64,000 nt of DNA from Mobula hypostoma (GCF_963921235.1 NC_086124.1:16368001-16432000), one strand, 5' to 3'; numbered from the stretch's first letter, positions 24,043 to 36,808 are shown. Notes: generated by a model from the sequence alone, not told the origin. Translations and numbers: made by a program.

Positions 24043-24486
24043 CAACACACATCAAAGTTGCTGGTGAACGCAGCAGGCCAGGTAGCATCTCCAGGAAGAG
24101 GTACAGTCGACGTTTCAGGCCGAGACCCTTCGTCAGGACTAACTGAAGGAAGAGCTAGTAAGAGATTTGAAAGTGGGAGGGGGAGGGGGAGATCCAAAAT
24201 GATAGGAGAAGACAGGAGGGGGAGGGATGGAGCCAACAGCTGGACAGGTGATTGGCAAAAAGGATATGACAAGATCATGGGACAGGAGGCCCAGGGAGAA
24301 GGAAAAGGGGGAGGGGGGGAAACCCAGAGGATGGGCAAGGGGTATAGTCAGAGGGACAGAAGGAGAAAAAGGAGAGAGAGGAAAAGAATGTGGGTATATA
24401 AATAAATAAGCAAAGGGGTACGAGGGGGAGGTGGGGCATTAGCGGAAGTTAGAGAAGTCAATGTTCATAGCAGAAGTTAGAGAAGC
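24043..24486 (-). mobile_element. Penelope-like element 3' end/pseudo-LTR with an 11-bp flanking direct repeat
   Basis: caacacacatcaaagttgctggtgaacgcagcaggcc motif, hammerhead core and purine-rich tract; taccagtgaag at 24032-24042 and 24487-24497. Confidence 0.85.
24105..24140 (-). ncRNA. Minimal type I hammerhead ribozyme (Penelope-associated), core intact
   Basis: Minus strand AGUC-CUGACGA-agggucucggccu-GAAA-CG-UC^-GACU: stem I AGUC/GACU, all core nucleotides present, palindromic ACGU stem III. Confidence 0.8.
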
Positions 24487-24559
24487 TACCAGTGAAGGCT
24501 AGGAAGATGGACTGTTCCACGTACCTATGACCAATCACTTTATAGTCAGTCCTTGTTTC

Positions 24560-24980
24560 CACCCACCACCCCAACCTATCTATTATGGCAATATCCCTCT
24601 TTCATTTCAGTCCTAAAGAAGGGTCTCAGTCTGAAATGCCGACGGTTTATTCATGCCCATAGATGCTGCCTGACCTGCCAAATTTCCAGCACTTTTTATT
24701 TGAGTGTTGCAGGATCTGCAGGATCTCTTCGTGTTTAGCAAATTCTGAATTCAGAGTTGCGAAAAGACTGGGATCCCTTGTGCAGGATTCTGCAAAATTT
24801 AACTTGCAGCTTCAGCTAAGGAAGACAATAGCGTTAGCATTCATTTCCAGAGGACCCAAATATAATAAGATACTGCATGGTGGAAATCCAGATTAGCTCA
24901 TACAAAATGCTGGAAGATCTCAGCTATTTAGACAGCATCTCTGGAAAGAAATAATCAATCGATGTTTCCGGCTGAGACTT
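24560..24980. mobile_element. Older degenerate Penelope pseudo-LTR fragments in both orientations
   Basis: agtcctaaagaagggtctcagtctgaaatgccgac (mutated hammerhead) at ~24609 and caaaatgctggaagatctcagc at ~24903. Confidence 0.6.
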
Positions 24981-26042
24981 TATGCACAAAAAAAAATTAG
25001 ATCAGGAATGCCATGCTAAGGCTCTATGAGGCACTGGTCAGACAGCATTTGGGGTATTGTGAGCAGTTAAGAGTCCCTTATGTAAGAAAGTTTGGAATGC
25101 TGAACATAGAACAGCATATCACAGGAAAAGGCCCTTTGTCCCTCAATGTTTTGTTGAACTAATTAAATTAGTAATCAAATGACCAAAGAAATATCTGTCT
25201 ATATATTACCCAGATACTTCCTCACATTCACTTACTTATATGAACTCTCTGAACAAACATCTGCCTTTGCTATCACCCCAGCATGCGCCACACTCTGTAA
25301 AAAAAAATTTTAAAAAAACCCTCACATCTCCTTTGTAATGACACCTTTACATGATTGCTTCTGGTATTAGACATTTCAAACCTGAGAATATTATCTGCAT
25401 GCTCTACGTATGTCTCTCACAATCTTATGAACCTATCATATCTTCCCTCAGCCACTGCCACTCCAAAGAAAACAACCCAATTTTGACCAACTTCTCATTG
25501 TAGCACATGCCTTCTAATGCAGGCAACATTCAGAATCAGAATCAGGTTTAATATCACTAGCATGTATTGAGAAAATAGCTGTAAACCTCTTTTCTCACCT
25601 TCTCCAAAGCCCCAACATCCTTCTATCAATGGGGCAACCAGAACTGTATGCAATACTCCAGATGAGGCAGAACCAGCATTCTATAAAGTTGAAACATAAT
25701 AGTTAATACATCGTATTCACAGCAATTAAATCACTTCAGCAACAGCAAACACCTTCATCTCTATCTACTCTACGTGTAAAGTTTTGTGTGAGAAAATCGC
25801 ACAAACTGACTGAAGTGAGAAGGCAAAATGTCTGTGTTGGAGCAATGCGCAGGAGCAGCGACAACAGGATTGTACCAAGCAATGGAAAGATTCATCAACA
25901 TAAACATCTACCTCCAAGAGTAAAACCTTCAAGACAAGCTTGTAGCGATCCAATATCGAATTACGAGTACAACTCTTTCCACATAAGCTGTAAGTGGCTC
26001 TTAAAAGTGCTGTTGGGTTTGTCTTCTCAGCACTCAGCCGCT

Positions 26043-26411
26043 TCACTTTGAACTGGTGTACTTGGTCACTGCTTTTGTCCCTTCCGACATGGTGTACTTG
26101 ACCACCTCCCCGGGTAGCAGCAGGCATACCGCAGTCTGGACCTCCCAGGAGCTGATGGTCAATTGCTTGTCGTAGCAGGTTAGATGGGAAGCCTCACCCA
26201 CGATGAACTCGAAAATTTCATTCATCGTTGAGCTCTTGATGCTCATGGCATTGGAGGAGATGCTGGTATCAGAGTGAACCTGCTTCATCACCTTGTACAC
26301 GTAGATGAAGTAAGTCTCCTTCCTCATCCTTTTGCACTTGTACCTCTTGCTTTGAGCTTTGGACACTGTTTTCTTGGCATGCTTCTTAGCAGCTTTGGAT
26401 AGTTCAGGCAT
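26043..26411 (-). pseudogene. Divergent H2B-like gene with an open 122-aa frame, probably a pseudogene
   Basis: Full H2B-length ORF with many substitutions at invariant residues (R>H, R>Q, R>W, R>C, A>V, A>T). The stem-loop is broken (AGCACTTTTAAGAGCC, 25996-26011) and the TATA region is deleted relative to the paralogue at ~10540-10600. Confidence 0.8.
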
Positions 26412-27251
26412 TTCTTAAATCTGTTTCAGACACAGAATGAAAGTCCCTTCCCTGTAGTAATGAGGATTCGGCAGAAATAAGGTTCTCATTAGTAGATTTG
26501 GACAAATGAAAGCTAACATTTCAATCTAACCCTTCGATTGGGCAATGTGAACAGATCAACCACAGCCCAGGCTGACCAAAGTCAAAAAGGTTTACCAATG
26601 GTTATTTGGTTAATACAAGGAGACTTAAATTTGGGTATCCAATATTGGTAACATTACTGGAGTATTGTGAGCACTTCATTCACAAGGTCTTCAGTTCTGG
26701 GTGGATGGGAAATAAATAGGTACAAAATACTAGCTTGTTTCATGTGAAATATGATCCCAGTGCACCCCTTTCTGTCACTCCATGGTTTGCCTGTGGATGA
26801 TTTTAGCCCTTCAAGAAAATGTCATGACGAAGAATGATTGTATGTCAGTAGCACAGGTATTTCAGTGATATACACAAAGCAGACATAATAGTTTCTTACA
26901 CTCTACAAGGATGGTTCATAAGATCCAGTGACGGGTCGTTCAGGTGTTTCAGTTTTGTTCCAAAGTTTCAGGTTTCTATGAAGCAAAAAATATCAGATAA
27001 AGTATCAGAATTCACAGCAAAGATATTTGCTATCATTTCAGCCTTGGAATGGGTTGAAGAAGTATGCCCCGATTCTGGACAACTGTGCTTTGATTCATTT
27101 TCGGTTTTGTTTATTATGTGAAGTGTTGTATGACATAGGTGATCATAGTCTTTCCATGCTCAGGACTGCTCTTAGCAAATTTTTCTACAGAAGTAGCTTG
27201 CCGTTGCCATCTTCTGGTCAATGTCTTTACAAGTTTCAGGCTTACCAGCTA

Positions 27252-28859
27252 CAAACCCCATTTCCAGAAAAGTTGGGATATTTTCCAAAGTGCAATAAAA
27301 ACAAAAATCTGTGATACGTTAATTCACGTGAACCTTTATTTAACTGATAAAAGTACAAAGAAAAGATTTTCAATAGTTTTACTGACCAACTTAATTGTAT
27401 TTTGTAAATATACACAAATTATGAATTTGATGGCTGCAACACAGTCAACAAAAGTTGGGACAGAATTAAAATAAGATTGAAAAGTGCACAGAATATTCAA
27501 GTAACACCGGTTTGGAAGACTCCACATTAAGCTGGCTAATTGGTAGCAGGTGAGGTAGCATGACTGGGTATAAAAGTAGCGTCCATCAAAGGCTCAGTCT
27601 TTGAAAGCAAGGATGGGTCATGGCTCACCCCTTTGTGCCAAAATTCGTGAGAGAATTGTTAGTCAGTTCAAAAGGAACATTTCTCAACGCAAGATTGCAG
27701 AGAATTTAGGTCTTTCAACATCTACAGTACATAATATTGTGAAAAGATTCAGAGAATTCAGAGACATCTCAGTGCGTAAAGGGCAAGGTCAAAAACCACT
27801 GTTGAATGTGCGTGATCTTCGAGTCCTCAGGCAGCACTGTCTAAGAAACCGTCATGCTACTGTGACAATTACAGCCACCTGGGCTCAGGAGTACTTTGGA
27901 AAACCATTGTCACTCAACACAGTCCGTCGCTGTATCCAGAAATGCAACTTGAAACTGTATTACGCAAGGAGGAAGCCATACATCAACTCTATGCAGAAAT
28001 GCCGGCGAGTTCTCCGGGCCCGAGCTCATCTCAGATGGACCGAAAAACTGTGGAACCGTGTGCTGTGGTCAGATGAGTCCACATTTCAGCTAGTTTTCGG
28101 AAAACAAAAAACAGGCGTCGAGTTCTCCGTGCCAAAGATGAAAACGACCATCCAGATTGTTATCAGCAAAAGGTGCATAAGCCAGCATCTGTGATGGTAT
28201 GGGGGTGCATCAGTGCTCACGGCATGGGTGAGTTGCATGTATGTGAAGGTACTATTGACTCTGAGGCGTATATTAGGATTTTAGAGAGACATATGTTGCC
28301 ATCAAGGCGACGTCTCTTCCCGGGACGTCCATGCTTATTTCAGCAGGACAATGCCAGACCACATTCTGCACAGGCTACAACAGCGTGGCTTTGTAGTCAT
28401 AGAGTGTGTGTGCTTGACTGGTCTGCTGCCATCCAGATCTATCTCCTATTGAAAATGTATGGCGCATCATGAAGAGGAGAATCAGACAACGGAGACCACG
28501 GATTGTTGAGCAGCTGAAGTCTTATATCAAGCAAGAATGGACAAAATTTCCAATTGCAAAACTACTACAATTAGTATCCTCAGTTCCAAAACGATTAAAA
28601 AGTGTTAGTAAAAGGAAAGGTGATGTAACACAATGGTAAACTTGCCTCTGTCCCAACTTTTGTTGAGTGTGTTGCAGCCATCAAATTCTAAAATTGTGTA
28701 TGTTTACAAAATACAATTAAGTTGGTCAGTAAAACTATTGAAAATCTTTTCTTTGTACTTTTGTCAGTTAAATAAAGGTTCACGTGAATTAACATATCAC
28801 AGATTTTTGTTTTTATTGCATTTTGGAAAATATCCCAACTTTTCTGGAAATCAGGTTTG
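27252..28859 (+). mobile_element. Full-length Tc1 DD34E transposon with ~210-bp IR/DR-type TIRs and TA target duplication; transposase frameshifted
   Basis: TA|caaaccccatttccagaaaagttggga ... tcccaacttttctggaaatcaggtttg|TA. ORFs 27601-28194 (HTH, WSDES) and 28173-28472 (QQDNARPH). There are 34 codons from D to the E of PIE after restoring a 1-nt deletion. The empty site is visible at ~34528. Confidence 0.96.
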
Positions 28860-29497
28860 TATTAAAACAGGTATATTGAACTATATTTTCCTTGGCATTG
28901 GACAAGTCATTGAGGTTACATCTAGGCTTCTGTATAAAATAAAGTGGCAGTTATTCCAGCCAATCAATCATTTAAACTTAAGGACATCAAAGTAGTGTTG
29001 CCTTTGGAAATATGAGCGATGAAAGCTATAATTAAAATTTAAATTTCATCATTGTGGCAACGAAGATTGGATAAGGAAAGTATGGCATTCATATCAAAAT
29101 TATGTCGAGTTCCTCCACCATTTTTCCAGAATATCTTTTGATTAATTTTCGGAGAAATGAGCACAAATCTGAAGAGATTTTCTATCAGTTATTCAGGACG
29201 TTCGGCAGTAATGTTACAGACTAACCTTCAATATGGAACCGGAGTGAAAATAAAATTGATCCCAACCATCCCTTCGGGGAACATACACACGCAGCAGAAA
29301 ACTTCATAAAACCACCTCGGCACATCCCAGCTCGCTTTTTAAAAGAAAAACAATAACTTGTAGAAGATAAATTAGTATGATTTTCGTGTTTCTTTAAAAA
29401 GAACTTCCTCAGAAATCTTTCACAGTCACAGCAAAACCCGAGTCCTTTCCTCCGCACTCATGGTATCCCAGGGGAACCCCTCTACGTACCTGTGAAT

Positions 29498-29513
29498 GGC
29501 TCTGAGAAGAGCC
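29498..29513 (-). terminator. Retained histone stem-loop of H2A pseudogene 3
   Basis: GGCTCT-TCTC-AGAGCC with a fully paired stem. Confidence 0.8.
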
Positions 29514-29544
29514 TTTGGGTAGCTGGGTTTCATATTCGGACTCC

Positions 29545-29821
29545 TCAGTTACTGCCTCCGCCGTTTTTCTCGGTGCGGCCTGGTTATTGGGTAACACTCT
29601 ACCCCTACATATGACGCGGGCCTTCTTGTTGTCCCTGGCCGCGTTGCCAGCCAGTTCAAGAATTTCAGCCGTCAGATCCTCGAGCACAGAAGCCAGAAAG
29701 TCCAAGACTTCGGCACCCAGTCGCTCTGCATAGTAGCCCTTTCTCAAGAACCTATCAACACGGCCCAATGGAAACTGGGCCGGAGGCGAGCTTTCCTGCC
29801 TGTTTTACTTCATCGACTCAT
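29545..29821 (-). pseudogene. H2A pseudogene, unit 3
   Basis: The ATG at 29821 is out of frame with the histone-fold segment (ORF 29409-29768, [15 protein letters not shown]...[18 protein letters not shown]), and the alpha3 region is deleted. Confidence 0.95.
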
Positions 29822-30377
29822 TTCAGCAAGATCAGGAACACCCAGGCAAGGAGGAAATACTTCCGTCCCTTGGCCATCTTGCATGTCTTGAGGGAATACA
29901 GTGAGACTTCCATGATTGGTGCAACAGCGCATAAACTCAATGGAGAAAAAAATTAACCAGTGAGAGTGCCGATTTCCAATCAAAATCAAAAGCACGGAAG
30001 TAACTGCTTACCTGCCGAAAATAAACAAACTGGAAAACAGCCCGCCAAAAATTCTTTGTTCAAACCTAATCTAAAATCAAATAATTTGCAGAACAGCTTG
30101 TGGAATAATTCTCCGCATTAACCCATTACTGAAGTCTGCCATATTTAATATTTGAGTGTAGCTAAAATTGAAGATGTGTCTGGGGATTTCATTTAACGAT
30201 TTCCCTACTCAGAACAAAATTGGATTCTCAGTTATTGTCCCCGGTCAGATATTGTGTGAACTGCATCATATTACGACCGAGTTGCTCTTCTCAATCTACG
30301 GCTGGAGTTTAGACAAATTATTGGTTGAAGTACCGTCCGGCATTGAAATTGAATTCAGAGAACATGACGAAACAATG

Positions 30378-30418
30378 CAGCTCTGTTCACGAAAGATTGA
30401 GTGGCTCTTAAAAGAGCC
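30378..30418 (-). terminator. Histone stem-loop and HDE, H2B unit 3
   Basis: GGCTCTTTTAAGAGCC at 30403-30418 followed by AACAGAGCTG. Confidence 0.95.
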
Positions 30419-30450
30419 TTTGGGTTTTCGGTTTGTTTTGGCAACACTCT

Positions 30451-30822
30451 TCATTTGGAGCTGGTGTACTTGGTCACCGCTTTTGTCCCTTCTGACACGG
30501 CGTGCTTGGCCAGCTCCCCGGGCAGCAGTAGGCGCACTGCGGTCTGGATCTCCCGGGAGCTGATGGTGGATCGCTTGTTGTAATGGGCTAGACGGGAAGC
30601 CTCGCCAGCGATGCGCTCGAAAATATCATTCACGAACGAATTCATGATGCTCATGGCCTTGGATGAGATGCCGGTGTCGGGGTGAACCTGCTTCATCACT
30701 TTGTAGATATAAATGGAGTAACTCTCCTTCCTCAGCCTCCGACGCTTCTTGCCAGACTTGCCTGATGGTTTCGGCAGCGTTTTCTTAGCGCCCTTCTTGG
30801 GAGCAGGCTTCTGATCGGGCAT
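30451..30822 (-). CDS. H2B: Replication-dependent histone H2B, unit 3
   Basis: Intact 123-aa H2B ORF with one tail change (KKTL versus KKAL) and stem-loop at 30403-30418. Confidence 0.98.
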   Translation of the reverse strand: MPDQKPAPKKGAKKTLPKPSGKSGKKRRRLRKESYSIYIYKVMKQVHPDTGISSKAMSIMNSFVNDIFERIAGEASRLAHYNKRSTISSREIQTAVRLLLPGELAKHAVSEGTKAVTKYTSSK

Positions 30823-30871
30823 TTCTTCAGTCGAGTTCAGACTAAAATAAGTAGAGTAAGCAGAGCGCTGA

Positions 30872-31030
30872 TTAAATAGGAAACGCTGACGGCGGTATGC
30901 TAATCAAGGAATGGAGTATGCGAGAATGTTCATTGGCTACACTGTGAGACGAATCACCATCGAAATAACAACGTCAAATTCTATATTTGGATATCAGAAG
31001 TTACAAATACAGTGGCTCGGTCCACCAATC
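30872..31030 (-). promoter_or_regulatory. H2B promoter, unit 3
   Basis: TATTTAA, half-CRE TGACG, ATGCTAAT at 30897-30904, CCAAT boxes. Confidence 0.85.
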
Positions 31031-31794
31031 AGAAGCCTCTCCCAGCCTATTGACCCGGAACCTTGCCGGGAAGTGACCGTTCTTCGCGCTAGCAGGGTAA
31101 GAGGGTAAAGGGAAAGTTGTGGCTGACATTAAACAAAGGAAAACGTAAAATACAAATGCAGATGAAAGGTTCAAACTAAATTTATTATCTAAGTACATAT
31201 ATTTCACCATCAAGAAGCATGATTCATTTTCTTGTGGGCATAAACAGACTGAGAAGAGAGTATGTCCTGGGCGGTGTTAAACTAATAATATTAGTTAGGC
31301 CGTCTCTGGAGCGGAGGCTAGTCCTCTTCTGGACTCGTATAAAATTCTAGTTAGGCCTCCTCGGATAAGAGACTAAAGTCTAGTTAGGACTCCTGGGGAT
31401 TTGAGCTAAAAGTCTAGTTAAGCCTTCTCTGGAGTGCTGTTCAAAAATCTAGGTCAGCCTTCTCAAAGTTGAAAGCTCAAAGTACATTTTATTATCAAAA
31501 TATGTATAAATTATACAATCTTTGGATTTGTCTGCTTACAGGCAGCCACAATACCCAATTAAAAAAAAATCAACACCCAATCTACAGAGAGAGAAAAACA
31601 TAAATCAATTCATGCAAACAATAGAGCAAGCATCAGATTTCAGAATGAAATGCGTTCATAAACCTGAAGCTGGAGAGGATTAGGGTATAAAAGTCCATTT
31701 CAGCCTCCACCGGAATACTACATTCAAGTCTGGTTGGGGCATTAGAGGAAAGAACTGAAGACTTTGGAGAGGATTCGGAATAGATTTAGGCTAT

Positions 31795-33544
31795 AAGAAC
31801 AGAAATACGTCATGCAGTCCATAGATTTTGCTCTGTCATTCCATCATATCTGAGTTATTAGCCCTGTCAATCACACTCTTCGGCCTTCTCCCTGTAACCT
31901 TTGACTCCTGACTAATCAAGCACCTATCATATTCCAAAAATTCATCAGTAACAATGGGCTCCAACATCTACCCAACCACTGAAGTAACCACAGTAATTGG
32001 CCAATGACTTGGCCTCCGCAGCTGTCTGTGACAATGAATTCCACTAAGTAACTACCTGCTGGCTCAATAAAGTCCTCCTCATCTCTGTTCTCAATAGACA
32101 TCTCTCTCTTCTGTGACTGTGCTATTTCTTTCTAGATTCACCCACTACAGGAAGCATCCTCACCACATCTACTTTGTTCAGGCCTTTTAATATTTGATAG
32201 GTTTCAATAAGATCACCCCTCAGTCTTCTGAACCCCAATGAGTTGAAGCCCAGAGCCATCAAATGCAGAAAATACATTCACACTTTCACTCCTGGAATCA
32301 TTCTTGTGAACCTCCTCTGGACCTTCTCGAACACCAGTGCAACTCTTCTTAGATAATAAGCTAAAAACTACTCACAATATAGCAAGAGTAGTCTAACCAA
32401 TGCCTTACAAAAAAAGCCTCAGCTTTACATCCTTGCTTTTACATTCTCATTCTGTCAAAATGCATACTAGCATTCAATTTCCCTTCTTTAGCACTGGCTC
32501 AACTGGCAAGTTAGCCTTTACAGAATCCTGCACAAGTAGTTCCAATTCCCTTTGCACCTCTGATTTTGAATCTTCTCCCTCTTTAGAAAATAGTTTGTTT
32601 TATTTTTTTTCTACCAAAGTACATGACCATACACTATATTGCGTCTGCAATTTCTTTGTCTATTCTCCAAATCTCTCCAAGTCTTTTTGCAGACTCCTAT
32701 CTTCTTCAAAACTTCCTGTCTCTCCACCTATATTTGTATCCGCCAATAATCTGGTCAAAAAGCCATCAATTACATCATCCAAGTCACTTACATATAACAT
32801 GAGAAGTAGTGGTCTCATTGGTCACTGGCAGCTACCCAGAAAAGGCCTCCGTTGTTCCCATTCTTTGCCTCCTGCTCTTCACCCAATTTTCTATCCATAC
32901 TAGTGCCTTTCCTATAATACTGTGGGTTCATACCTTCTTAAGCAACCACACATTCAACAACTTGCACAAGCCTTTCTGAAAATCCTAATTAACAATATCT
33001 ACTGACTCTCCTTTGTCTACTATGCCCCTTATGTCCTGAAAGAATTGCAACAGGTATGTCAGGCAAAATTTCTTCTTTAGAAAATCCTGCTGACCTTGAC
33101 CTAGCTTATCATGTGCCTTCAAGTACCTCGAAAATTCATCAATAACAATGGACTCCAACATCTACCCAACCACTGAAGTTAGACTAATTGGTCTATAATT
33201 TCCTTCTTTCTGCCTCTCTCCCTTCTTAAAAATGGAATAACATTTTCAATTTCCCAGTCCTCTGGAGCTATTCCTGAATCTAGTGATTCTTGAAAGATCA
33301 TTATTAATGCCTCCACAATCTCTTCAATTAACTCTTTCAGAACCCATTTGTTCCACTTGACTTATCTAACTTAAGACATTCCAATTGCCCAAGCACCTTC
33401 TCCCTCCAGTAGCAATTGTATTCACTTATGTCCCCTGACACTCCTCAACTTCCATCATACTGCTACTTTCTTCTACAGTGAAGACTGATGCAAAATACAG
33501 TAATGATTTACTTGATCTGTAATCCCCTTGCCCCCATTATTACC
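31795..33544 (-). mobile_element. Paralogous CR1 fragment lacking the Rex-like insertion
   Basis: Collinear with 7270-9443 and uninterrupted at ~32745. Confidence 0.85.
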
Positions 33545-33855
33545 TGATATTGCTCATTTCAGCATGGGTGCATGAAGCTGCTGGCCAGAGGAAACAGCAG
33601 TCTAATATAGGACAAGTGATGCAGACATCCAGTTTTCTTTGTTTCACCCTTTTGTCAAATCCAAACTGATTCTTGCAGTTGGATAATCTAATCAGAGGAA
33701 CTGAATGTGGACACAGGAAGCTTCAAGTAATGATCTGCTAAACCTGAGACCATTCTCAAACAAGTAGCCATTTGTTATATAATGGCATGGACTATGATCT
33801 GATTCTTGACTCTGGGACAATCTAATCAGAGAAACCAACCTGAGCCCATTCTCAG
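33545..33855 (+). mobile_element. Truncated third copy of the same LTR (U3 part only)
   Basis: Matches ~9444-9750, then jumps to sequence homologous to ~10714. Confidence 0.8.
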
Positions 33856-36808
33856 TCAACAGGGCTTAGCAATGGTTCATTTGTTAACATGAGGAGACAT
33901 AAAGTTAATTACCTAATATTGGCAACATTAGTAGAGTGTTGGGAGCATTTCATTCAGAAGGTCTTCAGTTCTGAGTGGATGGGAAATGTATGGGTACAAA
34001 ATATTGGCTTGTATCATGTGAAATATGATCCCAGTGTACCCCTTTCTGTCACTCCATGGATTTTCCCTGTGCTTGTGTTGATTTAAGCCTTCAAGAAAAT
34101 ATCATGATGAAGGATGATCGTATATCAGTAGCACAGGTATTTCAGTGATATATGCAAAGCAGATATAATAGGTTCTTACACTCTACACAGATGGTTTGAA
34201 GCATTCAGTGACAGGCCATTCAGGTGTTTCAGTTTTGTTCCGAAGTTTCAGGTGACTATTAAGAAAAATATTATCAGATAAAATATCAGAATTCACATCA
34301 AAGATATTTATTATCATTTCAGCCTTGAAATGGGTTGAAGCATACCCCGATTCTGTACATCTGTGCTTTGATTATTTTTGGGTTTTCTTTATTATGTGAA
34401 GTGTTGTATGAAATTGGTGATCACAATCTTCCCATGATCATGACTGTTCTTAGCAAATTTTTCTACAGAGGTAGCATGCCATTGCCTTCTTCTGGTCAAT
34501 GCCTTTACAAGTTTCAGGTCTGCCATCTATTAAAACAGGTATATTGAACTATAGGCCAAAAATTCTTCTTTGGATTGGAGAACAATCATGGAGGTTACAG
34601 GATCTAGGCTTGTGTATAAAATAAAGTGGCAGATGTTCTTGCCAACCAACCATTTAGACTTCAGGATATCATTGTAATGTGGCCTTTGGAAATACGAGAG
34701 ATGAAAATTATAATTAAAAGGTTAATTTGGTCACTGTGGCAACAAAGTTTTGATAATGAAAGGATGGCATTTATATCAGATGTATATAAAAAGAGGGAAG
34801 AATTTATACTTACATTTTGGACATACAAGGTCGAATAAATCCCTATTTTCAATTAATATGGATTATGTGGGCATTTGTATAGAGAGCATATTATGGGTAT
34901 TTGTATAGAAAGAACTTGCCAAGAAATGGTGCAATGTGCATTTTTTTCAATACAGTTCCTATGAAGTGCAAAGGAAGCACCTAATTCCTAAATTGAGTTC
35001 TTTGGGACAAACACAATTTAACATGGAAGGCTTGTTAGATTATCAGTGCCATTGTAATGTATGCAAGTCTATATTTGATGTTCTGAAAAGCAATATGCAT
35101 TTTGATATGATTTGTGTTTAAATTTTTGGAGGAAGAATTTAGTGGGTATACTTCCTGACTCTTAATTCCACAATCCAACTCAGTAGGTGCTGGTATTGCA
35201 CCTTATCTAACTCTGCCAGTCATCATTAAACCTAACAAGGACAATTATCAGGGTTTTTTTCCTTCAGATACCCTCAGCCTAGTTTGAGTGGAATAAATTT
35301 ACGAGGTTTACAGTATATATTGATGAGGGTAATTTGTGAGTTTGACTCTACAATTTGAGGAGGAGAAATTCGAGCTAGATCAGTCCATATTACAGTGAAG
35401 TAAATGGAATTACAGAGGAACAAGATGGGAGCTCATCAAAGTCAAATGAAAGGTGACACTAGCAGGGATGACAACAGTACAGCAGTGGCTGGAGTTTACG
35501 GGAGTAATTTGGAAGGCACAAAATAGATATATCACAAAGTTGGAAAAGCAAGCTTTTTCTTCAGTATTTACTCTTCGCAATTGATGCTGTCTGGCCTGCT
35601 GAGATCCTTCAGCACTTTGTGTGTGTTGCAAGCATGTCAGGAAGATTTGTTGATTGGCAGAGAGCTGAGTAGGAAAAAAGGAGGTCTCTTATGGTTGCCT
35701 GACTCTCTTAATAGCTGCTATTAAAATTATTAACACTTCCCTTGAACTGCAATTTTTCCAGGTGCCTTCAAAACTGGGCTGTAAAATCTCTACTTACTAA
35801 CAACAGGCATAGATCAAAACTTCCCTTCCGGGGCAAGGTCCTTGAGAAATACACATTTGAACAACACAACTTTCTGAATGAGAGCAATATTCGAGAAACA
35901 TTTCGGTGTCCCTTATCAAAATTGTCAGCAACCTTATGTTCAGCACTGAAAGCGGAGGAGTGTGACCATTCAAGTCAGAATTTGGAAACTGAGGGTAAAG
36001 CAAGTTTGTTTTAATTTGCAGAAAAGAATGGTGGAGAAATTGATGGAATGAAATAAGTATCGGTGTATAGCAGATCCAGCTGGAACAGGTTAATGGGGTT
36101 ATCATTTTTATCAATTTCACACGATTCTAGTAGCAGAGATTCATTGATTCCCACTTTTACAGAATGTTACAGCACTCTAACAGGCCATTTGACCCATTAC
36201 ATCGATATTCATCCATTCTACCAGTTCTTGTCCTGTAGCCTGGGTAATTCACGTGATTGACAAGATATTTCTAAATTACCATCAGCGACTCAGCTTTCAC
36301 AACTCTCTCTGGTAGTGTGTTCCAGTTCCCATCCCTCAAACTAACTCCCACGTCCTGCAGGTCTACCTACTCCTGATATGGGGAAAAAACACTCGGCAAC
36401 CTACCCTAACTCTCCCCGTGATAATATTCTATACCTAAATCATCATAAAGATGCTTATGTGAGAATGTTGTTCTTGGACTACAGTTCAGCATTCAACACC
36501 ATTGTTTCATCCAGGCTCGACAAGAAGCTCAGAGACTCCGGCCTTGACCCTGTCTTGTGCAGCTGGATCCTGGACTGCCTGTCAGATCGCCAGCAGGTTG
36601 TAAAAGTGGATTTCCTCACCTTCACCCTTGTAACCCTCAACACAAGAGCCCCTCGGGGGCTTCATACTGTCCCTTCCTTTACTCCCTGTATACCATTGAC
36701 TGTGTAGCCACCCGCAGCTCTCATCTGCTAATTAACTTTGCCAATGACACTACATTGATTGGCCTAATTTCAAACAATAAAGAGGTGGCATACAGGGAAG
36801 AAGTTATC

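Noticed and set aside
23818-24405. 195-aa plus-strand ORF and overlapping 162-aa minus-strand ORF
   Set aside because: They run across a purine-rich Penelope terminal fragment and its insertion junction, so they are low-complexity chance ORFs.
29409-29768. 119-aa ORF as a short H2A variant lacking the docking domain
   Set aside because: It starts at a TTG, the real ATG is out of frame, the TATA box is mutated and the ORF runs through the stem-loop.
31937-32005. Short insertion copied from ~33132-33195 within the same CR1 fragment
   Set aside because: It is a local templated duplication inside a dead repeat with no sign of function.
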